Positions 26,777-39,155 of a stretch of 64,000 nt of DNA are shown here, piece after piece; the stretch's first letter is position 1; every line of letters starts with the position of its first letter. Under the pieces are notes generated by a model that saw only the letters and a program-made list of their open reading frames with translations, had not been told where the DNA came from and made no database searches. The position numbers were made by a program, and so were the translations under genes. The DNA lies in assembly GCA_040954595.2 (NCBI GenBank), contig CM082583.2:776542-840541 (forward strand). Direction: 5' to 3'. This DNA is from Balanoglossus misakiensis (Eukaryota; Animalia; Hemichordata).

Positions 26777-27770
26777 CGTGAACGTTGGTTGTATTACCGT
26801 CCTGGTGACGTTATGAACTGTAAATTCTGCCAGAAATTCAATAAACGATCGTATAAAACAAGACGTCGTGCAAGTGACTGAGACAAGACACCATCAAAGT
26901 GCGCAGGCAGAGAGTGCAGCACATAAAGACGCGATGAAACGTGAACTGTAGGCCCTAGACCTTAACACGCAGAATATTGCCGAGTTTCATTGCCGAAGTA
27001 GTACAGACAGACACGATCTCACCGGCTTTCAGAGACTTTTATTTTTTAATAGCCAACAAGCGAATAATTCCCCATACCACGAATTTTGAGCCAGTGAATT
27101 ACCGGTACTGACGCAACTCGGTTTATCAATGAAAGACAGTTTCCCGGAGAACCGGAGTCTGGGGGCCGTAGTCGGTTCTCGGGAACCTGTGTGAACGAGT
27201 ATTGCGGCGACAAGTCGATAAAAAATCTATGAATCCTGACATCGGTCCTCGAGAATAAATCGATTAAAGAAATGTAGACTTGAATTTGTACTCAATAAAT
27301 AAGGCTGTCACGGTAGACGAAACTACTGATGTCAACATAAGCGAGCAGTTGACTCGAACTGTAGACATTTACATGTAGATGAGTCCGGTAATTTATTATC
27401 AGTGAATTCAAAGTTCTTGAAACTCAATGAACCACTGAAACGTACCCGATACTGACAATGAACAGAGCGCGACACTTGGGGCGAAAACATAGCTCGGCAT
27501 ATGTTACGAAGTCTTTAGAAGAGAAAAAAATCAGATTTGGCCTAGTTGGTATCGGCACCGATGAGTTATGACAGGCAAGAAATCTATCGTGGTTCGGCGC
27601 TTAAAATATTCAGCGAAGTAATAAGTCCAAACCGACTTCAACTGACATTATTGCCCGCGATGTAGCTCCCACGAAGCGGCTTACTTCGATGTTGCGGCAG
27701 TTTTATGACTTCTACAGCGCTGTGCCGCACTACACGCAATTCAGATAAAACTGCGTGTCTGAGAAACTGC
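26777..27770 (+). pseudogene. Degenerate hAT transposase (ZNF862/DUF4371-like) inside the CACTA element
   Basis: Manual translation gives collinear fragments broken by stops and frameshifts: RERWLYYRPGDVMNCKFCQKF (TTF-type Zn finger, ~26777), IPHTTNFEPV (~27067), VTVDETTDVNISEQL (~27307), GENIARHMLRSL (~27480), LVGIGTD..MTGKKS (~27542) and MLRQFYDFYS (~27690). Boundaries are approximate. Confidence 0.72.
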
Positions 27771-29363
27771 ACGCCTCTCTATACTATTTCTCTTAGATCA
27801 CTGCCTAAGTTTCCAAAGACGTGCGTTCGTCCCTGCGCGTTTTTCATCATTTCAAATAATATACTCCAAACTGAAGCGACAAGTATGGTTTCTCTTCTTA
27901 TTTCTGATCACATCAGTATAAAAGACCAGAAACATTGAATCTCAAACAGTTTTCATGTTTTCGTTTACGGCCTAACGGTAACCACCACCCCCACGACCGC
28001 TTCCGCGGACAGACTCTCCCACAACCCTTAGTATAGTTATAGGCGGCGAGAGGGGATGTGAGAGAGTCTGATACTTCCATGTAACTTGTATGTACACCCT
28101 CTCAAAATCTTGAAGGGGCACGGACTGGGGAGAGACTTACGTCTCACCCAGAAAGTGTTATTGAGTGAATGCGAATGTAATTGAAGAGCTGCCAGAGTCA
28201 AATTCTGACCTCTTGCTACCGGTGTTTGAACACGAAATTGTAACCCATGTTGCGCTGTACATCTGAATGTAAAAGCACCCTGCAGCATATAATTGACTGC
28301 CAAAATTTCTTTAATATCCAGTCGAGAAGTAGATGCTCTCCGAACCTAACTCAGACTGTAGTCGAGCTAATGACATGTGCTAGCGAACAGTGCCGGCCGC
28401 ACCGTCTTCTCAATTATGCCCTACATGACAGCAACTGGATTGCGAATCTACTGACTGCACTACGCGCAATTTGTTCACACTGCACGGGCGAAATCGACAA
28501 TTTCACTCATTTTATGCAATCATTATACACCCCTTGTTTGGCGCTATCGATGTGTGTGATCAGTTCAATTTTAGTTCTGTAAATGCGATATTAGCTTAGT
28601 AGTGATACAACTGCCAACCACATCATAAAACGCGGTTTTAACCAGCATGTCTGACACGGCCTTCAATCTTTATGATTTTCCATTGTGTACTCAAGATTCC
28701 CACGCAGTGAATGACTTCCATTGATATGCTAATTAGAGTCTTTGCACAAAGACAATGAATCAGATCAGAGTGAAGGTCAAAGTTTGCTGCTTGTATTTGA
28801 ATCTTGAAAACTCCTTGGAAAATCGCCTGAATTACGCTCGTTTTGTTTCCCTTTGCCGTTTAAACGTCCTCCCTATTAAAGATTGGTCGCAGTATTAAAA
28901 TGACCCAATTTCGTTATGATATATGGCTCACAGCTACTGGTGGGGAAACCAGCAGAGCACCACCCCCATAGCTGCGTTACACAGCCAGGTCAAATAATGA
29001 TAGATTATTGACACATTGTTGTTTTCCAATAAACTGTTCAGTCTGTGGGCAGAATCATTTTGTCCCCTGGGGCTGAGGCCTTTACCATGCATAGCAGAAA
29101 AAGCTTATGTCTGCTTTGTTTCATGAAACTGTATACATGTACTTCTTAATTTGACCCTTAAGCAAAACACACACACACATACACACTAGTTTATGTGGGT
29201 AACAAAGTTACTGGAGACAAGTAATTCATTCATGAAAGTAATAAATTTATTTCAGATATGAATATTCAAGTAAAATGTACAACTATGAAAAATATACAAG
29301 ATGCATCATACTTAACACTGAAAATTACAGGGGAGCATGACATAGGTTTCTTTCTCTCTTATA

Positions 29364-32300
29364 TTAATATGCAACAACTCTGCGGTTGATTGCACTGACA
29401 ACTTGGCTATTATCTTTCAAATCAGTACAGGCAAAGCGGCAAGAAATACGATGTATTGGCAAAAAGCTACACTTCCCATATGGTTCAAATGTCTTCTGTT
29501 GCCAGACTTCAACACAATTACCAAATTTGTCCTTGTTTTCATGTGGCTTATACCATCTTACCATTGCAAAGTTGTGTACAAGTCTCTTGCCATCTATCTC
29601 AACAGAGTGACTAAAATACCAATCAACCTGACAAGGTCGAAGATTACATGGAGAAATATCAAAGTCCCCAGTGTTACCTGCCCATTTAGCCATAACTCTT
29701 GCACTTCTTAACATTCTGCATGCCATTTTAGACCCAAATCTCTCTCCAAAGATATATACATATGCATATTTTTTTACAAGTTTACTAATACAGCTTGCAA
29801 CTTTATTTGGATACATATACTCGTATACAGCTTTAATTAGGTTTGTATCCTCAACAGAAAGGGCTCCTTCAACATACGCATTTGGGACATATACAGATTC
29901 ATTACATCCCCAGTTAATGTTTTCCATTAATTTTGCATCAGGAGCACTCAGAAGAAAGAAATTGCTCGCCTTGCATACATCTTGTTTTGATCCTGGTCTT
30001 TCAATCAGATTTGAGAATATCCCAGAAAGACCGTTCTTCATTTCTTTGTTTTGTACAAACCTCAGTACTGTAATTTTCCTCATAAACTGTATTTCTACTG
30101 ACCTGTTATTAGTGGGAATATCCCCAAAATACCCATTATATCTCTCAAAAGGGAAGCACCAAAATGCACTAATGGGTCCATAGTCAAATAAACACTCTCT
30201 CAGATGACACACAAGGTGCATGTTTGGAGTAATCATTTTCTTACTATACAGCGTCTCACACTTAATGCAAAAGTTCAATAACAAGATGTCAGCTTTTCTG
30301 ATATCAGCTTCACACAGGTATGGCTTGCATAATATTTTACAGGCTAAAACAAACCGTTCCCAACATAATAAGTGATTCTCAGGAATAAGCCCATTCAAGC
30401 AGTACATGGAAAAAACAGTAATCCAATACTTCCATTCATCAGCAGAAAATTTCCCGTAATTTGAAGCAATTTTATTGGGTATCCTACCAATGTCACATGC
30501 TACTGTCATGGACTGTATTCTATTTTGAAGAACACTAAGTTTTTTGGGTGATAAGAACATATCTAGATATACCTTGAACATCTTTTTACCAATCCCAAGA
30601 AATAAGTTATGCATTGGATCAATTGAAATCATCTTAACACAATCAAAGTATGGTAGCTCAACAAGAACAGAGTAATATGTCCCATACTTCTGAGAAAGCC
30701 TGTTAGATTCTTTGACAGTTTTACAATTATTTACATCATGGGCATATTTATTATGCTTTGCCTTTGTTCTCTTTGGCCAGTTATCCCTGTCAAAGCCAGA
30801 GTAGTCCTTCTTTTCTCCAAAGCCACCAGGAAATACTTTATAACACTTTGAACAACCAACACTGGCTGCATGAGACTTGAAACCACCTATTTTTCTGGCA
30901 GCAGGTATATCTGACACAACAGAAAGTAGAGCTGCTCTTACTTTGACAGGGACACTTGATGAACTGGTTCCTAAATTCAAACCTTTCCAAAGTTTCTGTA
31001 ATTCACTGACAAAAGGCTGGAGAAAAGAATTCAAACTGAATGGTTCTTTATCAAGAGGAGGTAGGATTCCAGCAACTATAACGTTTTCAAACTTAAAGCG
31101 GATTACCCGTGGCATATTTAGTATCACAAAATATATCACACCAACAGAGTAATCATTTCTGTTTTTGAAGGGTTGAAACCAATCAACATTCATTGATAAT
31201 GCTAAATTCCATTCTTTTGCTAGAAAATCTTCACCATCATAAGTTTGAAATTCTTTCCATATGTTGCCATCATAAATATCTGTATATATTTTGTTACCTT
31301 CACAGTCTGTTTGTTCTGTATGTTTCTCTCTCCATTCTTCTAGTTTAGCAGGTATGTCTGCACGAAGCAAGATACTTTCTATTGAGTCAATAAGACTGAC
31401 ATATGAGAACACTTTCATTGGATAGAATCTAACAGTCCCATTTAAAATCACATGCTTTGCAAGTGGCTGTCCACACTTTACTTGTTTCCCATTCTTAAAT
31501 CTCTTCTTGTCACAACATCTGGCAAAGAATCTGCCATTCTGTCTAACAGCAAGGTTATCAATATCATGCAATGTAGCACATCTAGGATTTGGACAAACAG
31601 CTTTCTTAAGGAAATCATCCCTGTCAAGGTTCACACACTGACGAAGCATATACAGAGATGCTGGTAAACACACAGCAAGTTCAGTTATATATTCATTATG
31701 CACAGTTACCCCAATGATGTTAAAAACAGTTGACAGAAACTGTAAAAGCCATGACAAACAATTATCACTGACATGACAGCTGGCTTGCCAATACAACAGA
31801 AAATAAAGAATCCATGAAACCAACTCATTTACTTTAGCTATTTTGGACCTGTGTCTTTGAACCAATAAAGGTTGACCCAAATCTTGTAGAAATTCTTCTT
31901 CGTTTTCCTCTTCCCAAATTACCCCACCATCATCGTCTTCACTATCACTAGATGACATTGCAGCTTCCTGGACTTGACTTGCCCTACCACTTATACCATC
32001 TTCAGTATCGCTGAACGCTGACTCCTCTCCTGAGATGTCACTATCAGAGCCAGACCACTATGAAAAAGGGAAAGATATATAATAGATTTATTATTAATCA
32101 CCAAGTTTACAATGTCATCATGGTTTGGCATAGACAACCAACCAGTCAGATATTCTTACAAAGTCAAAGAGACATTTTTCAATGTGGCTTGATATACCAA
32201 ATAAAATCTTGTAAGTTGCTTCAAATTGCCAGGTAAAATATGTCATTGTTAAACAATACTATTTTGCCTTATGGCATTCTCTTTGTAATACTGTAAAAAC

Positions 32301-33661
32301 GGGAAATTTTCCGGCGATATCAAGAGACAACTGATATGTTCTCATAATTCACTGCATGATTATCTCAGAAAAACATTTTACACGGCAGTTTGTTGTCGCG
32401 TTTATTTTGACTGTTGCGTAGTTTGCAAAAATGTATCATTCGTAAAAAATTCCTGTTTTAAAGTATGTAATGTCTTGCTTGCCACCAAACCAGTAACAGT
32501 ACCATAACACCAACTGTGTTGACAGTGTACATAGTCTAAATTCATGGGATGGATTGAGTAATTACCTGCAAATCCCAGTTCGAGTCATCCTTATTCAACA
32601 ACCCTCCGTCTTCAGTGACATTCTCACTTGATGCAGTGGATATATTAGGAGTACTGGCCTGTGCCTTCTTTATCAGATGACACCTAAAAGCTGATTCCAA
32701 AGGAGAGCCTGGTGACATCATAAAAGGTTCAGCATCTGGGATACCACATCCTGGAAAGAACAAACACGTACATGTTGTTGTTACACAACCCATTTCAGAA
32801 ATGAAAAAAACATCACAAAATAACCAGAGCATGACACTAACAATATTTTTTTAAATAGTTGATAAGAAAACTAGATGCCAGCAAGAATTCTGCTTGGACT
32901 AGTTCAACTCCAACACACATATGGTCACACCGATAGATGCAAGCGAACTATACACTTTACAGTGACCCCCCCCCCCCCCGAAGAGGGTGTACACTATATT
33001 TGCATGTTTTTGAAATCAAACTAAAACAAAAAAACTACACAGCAACATATTCTACATCTACGCACCATGTGACAAAATGGTGCTGGCATACAATGTTAGG
33101 AGACCACTGGCAGAAAAAGTAGGCAACTGAAATTGGGCAATGTCAGAACTAAATAAATGTTGCAGTTAAATTACCATTATCATCAGAGCTTTCAGTATCC
33201 AGTGGGTTCTTTGTATGAATCATTGTAATTTTCCGTCTGGATTTTGATGATTTTTTTTCATGTATATGTACCTCCCAGGAACAGGATTGATAATTGAAAT
33301 ATGTTCTTTTATGTCTCAAAAAGTTTCTTGTACTGAAGGTCTCATGACACACTGGACACACACGACCTCTCTTTGGTGTTTGAAAATCCTATAAATAAAA
33401 GAAAAGTTGTCATTAATTTTTCAAAACATTGTGCAAATTGGACTTAATACCAATTTCTTTACAATCACAGCCATAAATTTTCAAACTTTGTAGAACCAAA
33501 TTGATAACTGGACTTCTTGGAAAATCACTACCTACGCATGAAACCCTATTTTGCATCGCTTCTGGTTTTACAATGAAATCAAGCACTGTATAGCAACATT
33601 TATTATATGCTTTGAACTATATTGTGTAACAACGATACATATAAGCATTGAAACTTACCAT
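29364..33661 (-). CDS. CACTA/EnSpm DDE transposase (Transposase_21/TnpD-like), spliced, ~1031 aa
   Basis: The 864-aa ORF has motifs DIYDGNIW, LSMNVDWFQPF, SDIPAARK..F, CSKC, IDPMHNLFLG, TPNMH..CH and GP..AFWCFPFERYNG. It extends upstream through phase-compatible GT-AG exons: 33661-33659 (ATG|GTAAGT), 33388-33175 (DFQTPKRGRVCPVCHE..RH), 32750-32566 and 32057-29364. The start exon is the least certain part. Confidence 0.93.
32291..32463. mobile_element. Degenerate TA-flanked MITE in a transposase intron
   Basis: TA-CTGTAAAAACGGGAAATTTT ... AAAAATTCCTGTTTTAAAG-TA, imperfect inverted termini. Confidence 0.5.
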
Positions 33662-34363
33662 TTCATGAATGTCTTGGGAATAAATCACTCAAGGGTGAAT
33701 ATGAGGCATTCAAAAGCAAACATAAAGCTACTGTCAAAATCCAAGTGCAGGTGACAGATACAGGAAACTGGTTTGCTGTAATATTGCAGTTGCTGTTGAA
33801 ACAGAAGTAATAAAAACGTTAATGTTAAAAGTCATTGTACATTTAATTTCAGTATGCGACCAACTGGTATGATATTCAACTGAATTATCAAAACACAACT
33901 TCAGAAAATGTTAGACATGTTCTACTTATTGTTGCCAACTCTTTCTAATTATCATGATCCTTATGTAAAATTTGAAGAGGAAAATTGCTTGGTTGACACA
34001 TATTTGAGACCACAATATCCACGTGCTAGTATATATATTGCTTTCCTGTAAAGCTACATCAGCAAGTACAAGTAAAAGCAGCTGAGCATTCTGCCATTGC
34101 TACTCAACCATGCAGCATTGTCTCTCGTATGCACATAGTTTACACACCCTAACATGTTGATCATTCCAGAGTACATATACACTGTATCTACATTTAGACT
34201 CTATCTTTGGACATATATACTTACTAGCTGCCTTAAATTATATTATAATTAATCATGCGTGTCCTACAAGCCTCACACATGACCGAGGCTATCAAAATCA
34301 TGCTTAGTTGGAACTCGAAACCCCGACTGATGCAACCGCAGTATATAGTAGAAAGGTTTGTAA

Positions 34364-34585
34364 GGGGTAGACCATTTGATTCTTGGGAGCTGGAGGAATT
34401 ATTTCCCAAATGGTGACTGTTGAGCATTTAATTTTTTGGTATTGTTCAACCAGGTTTTTCAAAGCTTTGTCGGAATCATACTTGTTTGTTTTTTACTTAG
34501 CCCGCACGAACATTTTTTTCCCGGCTAAAAAAAAAAAACTTTCGACAATTTTGTCTTCACCCTCTGAAATCAAGTGGTCCACCCC
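34364..34585. mobile_element. PIF/Harbinger-like (Tourist-type) MITE
   Basis: TIRs GGGGTAGACCATTTGATT and AATCAAGTGGTCCACCCC, flanked by TAA on both sides (34361-34363, 34586-34588). Confidence 0.75.
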
Positions 34586-34893
34586 TAACGAAGCGGAAAG
34601 GGCAGAATGCGATTGTTAAACATATGTTCGGATGGCGATTTTGCCACTTACTATCAATAAATATTTACCGACAACCACCTAATCAAAGCTTTGCGATATC
34701 TAGTCTTTGATCCGTGGCTAGAACTTATCAAATTTAAAGCTAAAAGGTAAACGGACAGGGGTTTAGTTTTGTTTTACATCGGCTACATCAGTCGCGGCTC
34801 CGCGTGCGTCTCACGCGATCGTACGCCTACTGCGCCCGGCCTGGGTCCAAAGATACTGATGCCCACTCCTCCAGACAAATATCAACAATTATA

Positions 34894-35201
34894 TTATACC
34901 AGTATATTGATGGTGTAAATCACGCTATTTGATTGGTCGAGACACGACACGTGACCGTGATATATTAGCCATATACCACAGTCATATATCATAGTCAAAG
35001 AAAATGCCTTTTTAAAATGTTTTATGCAAAGTTTCAATATACTGGCATAATATAATAGCAATAAAACACCCCCAGCCATGGTATATCACTCGATTTTGAC
35101 CAGTTCAACTCCATATACGCACTCGCTATCGCTCGTGCGTATATGTCGTGAACTGGTCAAAATCTCGTGGTATACCATGGCTGGGGGTGTTTTATTGCTT
35201 A
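34894..35201. mobile_element. Double-hairpin non-autonomous element (possibly Crypton-like)
   Basis: Inverted pair TTATACCAGTATATTGA / TCAATATACTGGCATAA (34894-35050), directly followed by a ~147-bp near-palindrome TAAGCAATAAAACACCCCCAGCCATGGTATA...TATACCATGGCTGGGGGTGTTTTATTGCTTA (35055-35201). The hairpins are seen directly; the family label is recollection only. Confidence 0.6.
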
Positions 35202-35584
35202 ATTTAACAAGGATACATACCTTGAGCCACGTTTGCGTTTCGATCATTGGACTCAGGAGTGAGAAACCTCGAAGCACAGTCAGTGAAGCACAGTATGATG
35301 TTCGTAGCGTCTTTCAGAAGCGTCCTGTAGCGTCTGATCGACGCATGTTGACATTAAAAACACCGGATGTTTATCAAGTTTATTGTACAGGCACGGAATC
35401 CTTGAGACACGTGATTGTGAATTTAACGTTGATTGGTTATTAGTTCGGGGATATTCTTACAACCAATCAAAGTTGCTGCCTTTGACTTTTGCGGGAATTT
35501 TGAAAAGTCAACCTATCCTCAGCAGTATAAATACCATGTCGTTTATTACAACAAACTCAGAAGTTCTTTGCATCGTCTTCAACT

Positions 35585-38500
35585 ATGAATGAAAATACGT
35601 TTTGTGGTTGCTCCGCGGCTCAACAAGTACCGGCAATGCAGATGTCCCTAAAGGTAATAGAAGAAAAACTCTCAGCGCTTCACGCAACATCAGCAGCCCG
35701 CAGAAAATCCAAGATACATGTTAGCAACATCGTGTCTGTGAGTATGATTCTTTCTTTTTAAATACAACTCTCGCACCATAGTTAATCGTCCGTTGTTTAA
35801 CATTAATGCAATGGGACACACGGGCAACCTGAAGTTGTCCTACGGGGCCATAAGCCGATCGGAGCAGACCTCGGTATTAGCATGGAGGTCTGTGGTTGTA
35901 GCTTTATGGTAGGTCTCAATGGAAGGTGATCAGTACGTGGTATAATAATAAAGTACTGTAAAACAGGTTATTTTCGTGACAGGAAATTTTTGGCTCTCGC
36001 GTATTTCGCGACCGATCACGAAGCGATCTTTTCGCGTGCCTGTGTGTGTAGGTCTTTACCGAGACACGCACCTGCTATTTCCAGCTACGGACCGGGGGAC
36101 TGAAGCTTCGCAAGCACATAAAGCGTGAAGCTTGTTGGTACGCATAATTAAGCTTCCTGAGGTCGTCAAATAGGGGTAGCCTGACACGGCCGTCGCGTAC
36201 ATTTCTTTTTAACATCGCGTACATTTTGCGATTCGGTGTGGAAGGGCTCTTATGTTTGAAAGATTTTAGGAGAACTTATAAATTGAACACTGAAATACTC
36301 AGTCGTCACCTGATAAATGTCAGAGGTCAATACTAGTATCACAGTTTGAATTTGCATATGTCATTAATGCTACACATTCCTGACAAAGCTACCAAACAAT
36401 AGCATTACAATAGCATTGTTTAACAATCTGTGCATCAGTGTCTCTTGTTGTGACCATTGGTTATAATGGGGTACAAGCTTTAATTATATGGTGGTCACAC
36501 AGGGAATAAATATGTGTGAATGAAATGCTTCAGATTTGAGACGCTTTTTTCAGGCCAGACCTGAGCTTGTGTAACTAAGGATTAACACCTCCAACCTATC
36601 TGTTTGGGGCCAGGTGTCAGGTGGACACATACAATGTCAGGTGTTTAATTTTACCCAGTGTGACACTTGGGCTACTTTTTCAGTATTTTTGTGGTTAATT
36701 TCTGAAATATGCATAACATTTTGACCTTTTTGTGCGGAACCACATGTTGCATAAATGCTTGTTTTAGTAACCTTTACAATGCAAATTTTGATAGTGGCCA
36801 GTGCTGTGCAAAAGATACATTTCAAGAAATATGCACTTAGGCCTATCTATGCCTAGCCTGGTCACCATACCCAGCGTGTTTTCGATGTGTGTGAGTCTAT
36901 CTAAAACACACTGGGTATGGTGACCAGGCTAATCTATGCCATAAATGTTGATTGATAGGGTGATTGAAGCAAACAAATGAACTGTCAGAATGTTTTAAAT
37001 AAAAATGATTTAACAATTTTACTAACATAGTACTTTATATTTTCACCCCAGAGAACAGTCCGTGCAAAGTACAACTTACTGAGGCAGAGGGATGACTTTC
37101 CTGGTCTTAATGTCACTGAGAGGTATTTACATTTCTTCTCTATTTTTAATGTTGTGAAGTACAGGTGGACCTTTTGTATAGGGATAAACTGTGTTTACGC
37201 CATCTTGAAAATTTGCAGTGCATTATGGGTCACTTGAGTTCCGGTTGAGGGGGAGTAGCGCCTACAACCTATCCATTTTTTCCTGCGGTTTGGTCAGATT
37301 TTCTTCAAGTAACTACTACTACTAACGTTACTTGAAGAAAATCTGACTAAACCGCTGGAAAATTGGATAGGTTGTAGACGCTACTCCCCCTCAACCGGAA
37401 CTCAATTGACCCATAATGCACTGCAAATTTTCAAGATGGCGTAAACACAGTTTATCCCTACATGTATGTTATTCAAGTTTTCAGTTGTAAAGGTCTTCAT
37501 CAATTTAAAGATATACATTCCAAGTTGTAAGAATGAAATTTCTCACAGTCCAAAATTGCCTTCCCATTCAGCGTGAATTTGATAACTTATACGTGTAATG
37601 CCACTATTCTATTCACAACTACACAATGATATGTTAGTAATAAAATGTTCCTATTAAATTAAATTGATCATTTTTCCATCACAGAAGCCAGTGGATTATG
37701 TTTTTATCTTTGAATTGTGCTGATGACTTTGCATACCCCATACAATAGTTTTTTTGACACAAGAATTAAGTTTACTTATTTAAGATACAATAAATCTATA
37801 TAATTATACCTGCATCCGTCAGGGGGCTGAAATGAGACAACACTATATAGTGATAGGACACTGAAACTTGGGTTTAGGGGCCACATTGATGTGGGTCATT
37901 GAAAAGAGAGGCCGCATCGACCAAGGCTGGAACATGTTGGGGCCAGAATTCTAGAAGCCACATACTTCATCTGTTTAGCCTAGGATAACTTGACAAAAAA
38001 TAATTAAATGGTTCATGAAATTTCTCTCTTTTTTTATAGATTTGATGCTGTGGAGAACCAGCAATCATGTGAAATTTTGCTGCAGGAGTTAAGATGTGAT
38101 GACATCAACACACTCGAGGCCAAAGGTAAATGGATTTTGATTATGATATAACATTAAATATCTGATACTTTTAATTAATATTGCAAAATCACAACCCTTT
38201 GCGTTGGATCATGGAGGCACTCTTAGTACCGCCATGGTTGGATCAAAGGAAAGTCCTCTACTTACTTGAGCTGGACATATTTACTTATAATATGCTCACA
38301 TTCCTTCTAAAGTTGAAGCTTTAAGGAGATGCTAACATGACACATACAAAAGTAAAAACAACTTAGGCTGCTTGCTAATTTTCTGTTAATTCCTATTACA
38401 GAAGCAATCAGAACATTTTTTCGGGGGCAAAAAAAAACAAACATCGGTTGAATAGCCAAGGAAAGACAGAGGCCCACAGACAAACATGCCGTCGACAGGG

Positions 38501-39155
38501 GCGTAAAAGAGAGGTGAGTAGCTTCAAGTTTATGTCTAATACTGTTGTATGTACCAGTTAGGTGACTGCGAAAGTTCCATCTGTTAATGTAACAATTGGG
38601 TTCGTTGAGTAAAAAAGAATAATATTCTTGTCTTTTTTGTTAGAGATTTTTTATATATAAACAATTACAAATCCAATGATGGCAATAGGATCTTGTTAAA
38701 TATGAGCTCTACGTTGATTTTTTATTGACAAATCCTATGTTGTTCATTTTCAGAAACTCAAACAACTTCAGTCCTCCCTGAAATCGGTTGACTGGCCTGA
38801 AGAGGACAAGGGGAAAATTAAACGCGTACTAACAGCTGAGTATATCTCCTCGGAAGAGAGCGATTTTGATGATGAGGGGAAGATCAAGCAATACATAAGA
38901 CGTCCTCTGACCTGGCAAAGGAAAAAGTTGCGTAAAAGCAAAAAACAGTTAATGGACATTTATTTAAAATCTCTATCGGCAAAGCAGCGCCAGCTTCGCC
39001 TTCCCAGGTCAGATGGACCCCCCTCTTCCAGGGAGCGGCCTGACTACCCAGAGGATTGGGCAGTCAGGGTTGCGTCTGGGTTAAGTCAAGATGATTCTGC
39101 GTCTTCTTCTGGAACCACAGGTTCTCTGGAGGAGGGATGTACTAGTCCCCACTGA
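35585..39155 (+). CDS. CACTA accessory gene (5 exons, ~274 aa, C14orf93-like C-terminal motif) with a 1-nt frameshift in an A9 run
   Basis: Exons 35585-35737, 37052-37122, 38040-38125, 38402-38513 and 38754-39155, all GT-AG with phases 0/2/1/0. Exon 4 is open only with one extra A at ~38429-38437. The product has a basic helix (HRQTCRRQGRKREKLKQL) and EYISSEESD...RRPLTWQRKKLRKSKKQLMD. Confidence 0.78.
36854..36931. mobile_element. 78-bp MITE with TAG...CTA ends and 9-bp TSD (Academ-like)
   Basis: TAGCCTGGTCACCATACCCAG / CTGGGTATGGTGACCAGGCTA is a perfect inverted repeat. It is flanked by ATCTATGCC at 36845-36853 and 36932-36940. Confidence 0.8.
37181..37458. mobile_element. Foldback MITE (near-perfect 278-bp palindrome) with TA flanks
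   Basis: Arms 37181-37313 and 37327-37458 are near-perfect reverse complements (GGGATAAACTGTGTTTACGCCATCTTGAAAATTTGCAG...). There is a 13-nt loop and TA on both sides. It lies in intron 2 of the accessory gene. Confidence 0.88.

Noticed and set aside
29386-31667. Plus-strand ORFs of 71-170 aa overlapping the transposase
   Set aside because: Antisense shadows of the long minus-strand transposase ORF.
34894-35443. Opposite-strand ORFs sharing MAGGVLLL
   Set aside because: A consequence of the DNA palindrome, not of coding conservation.
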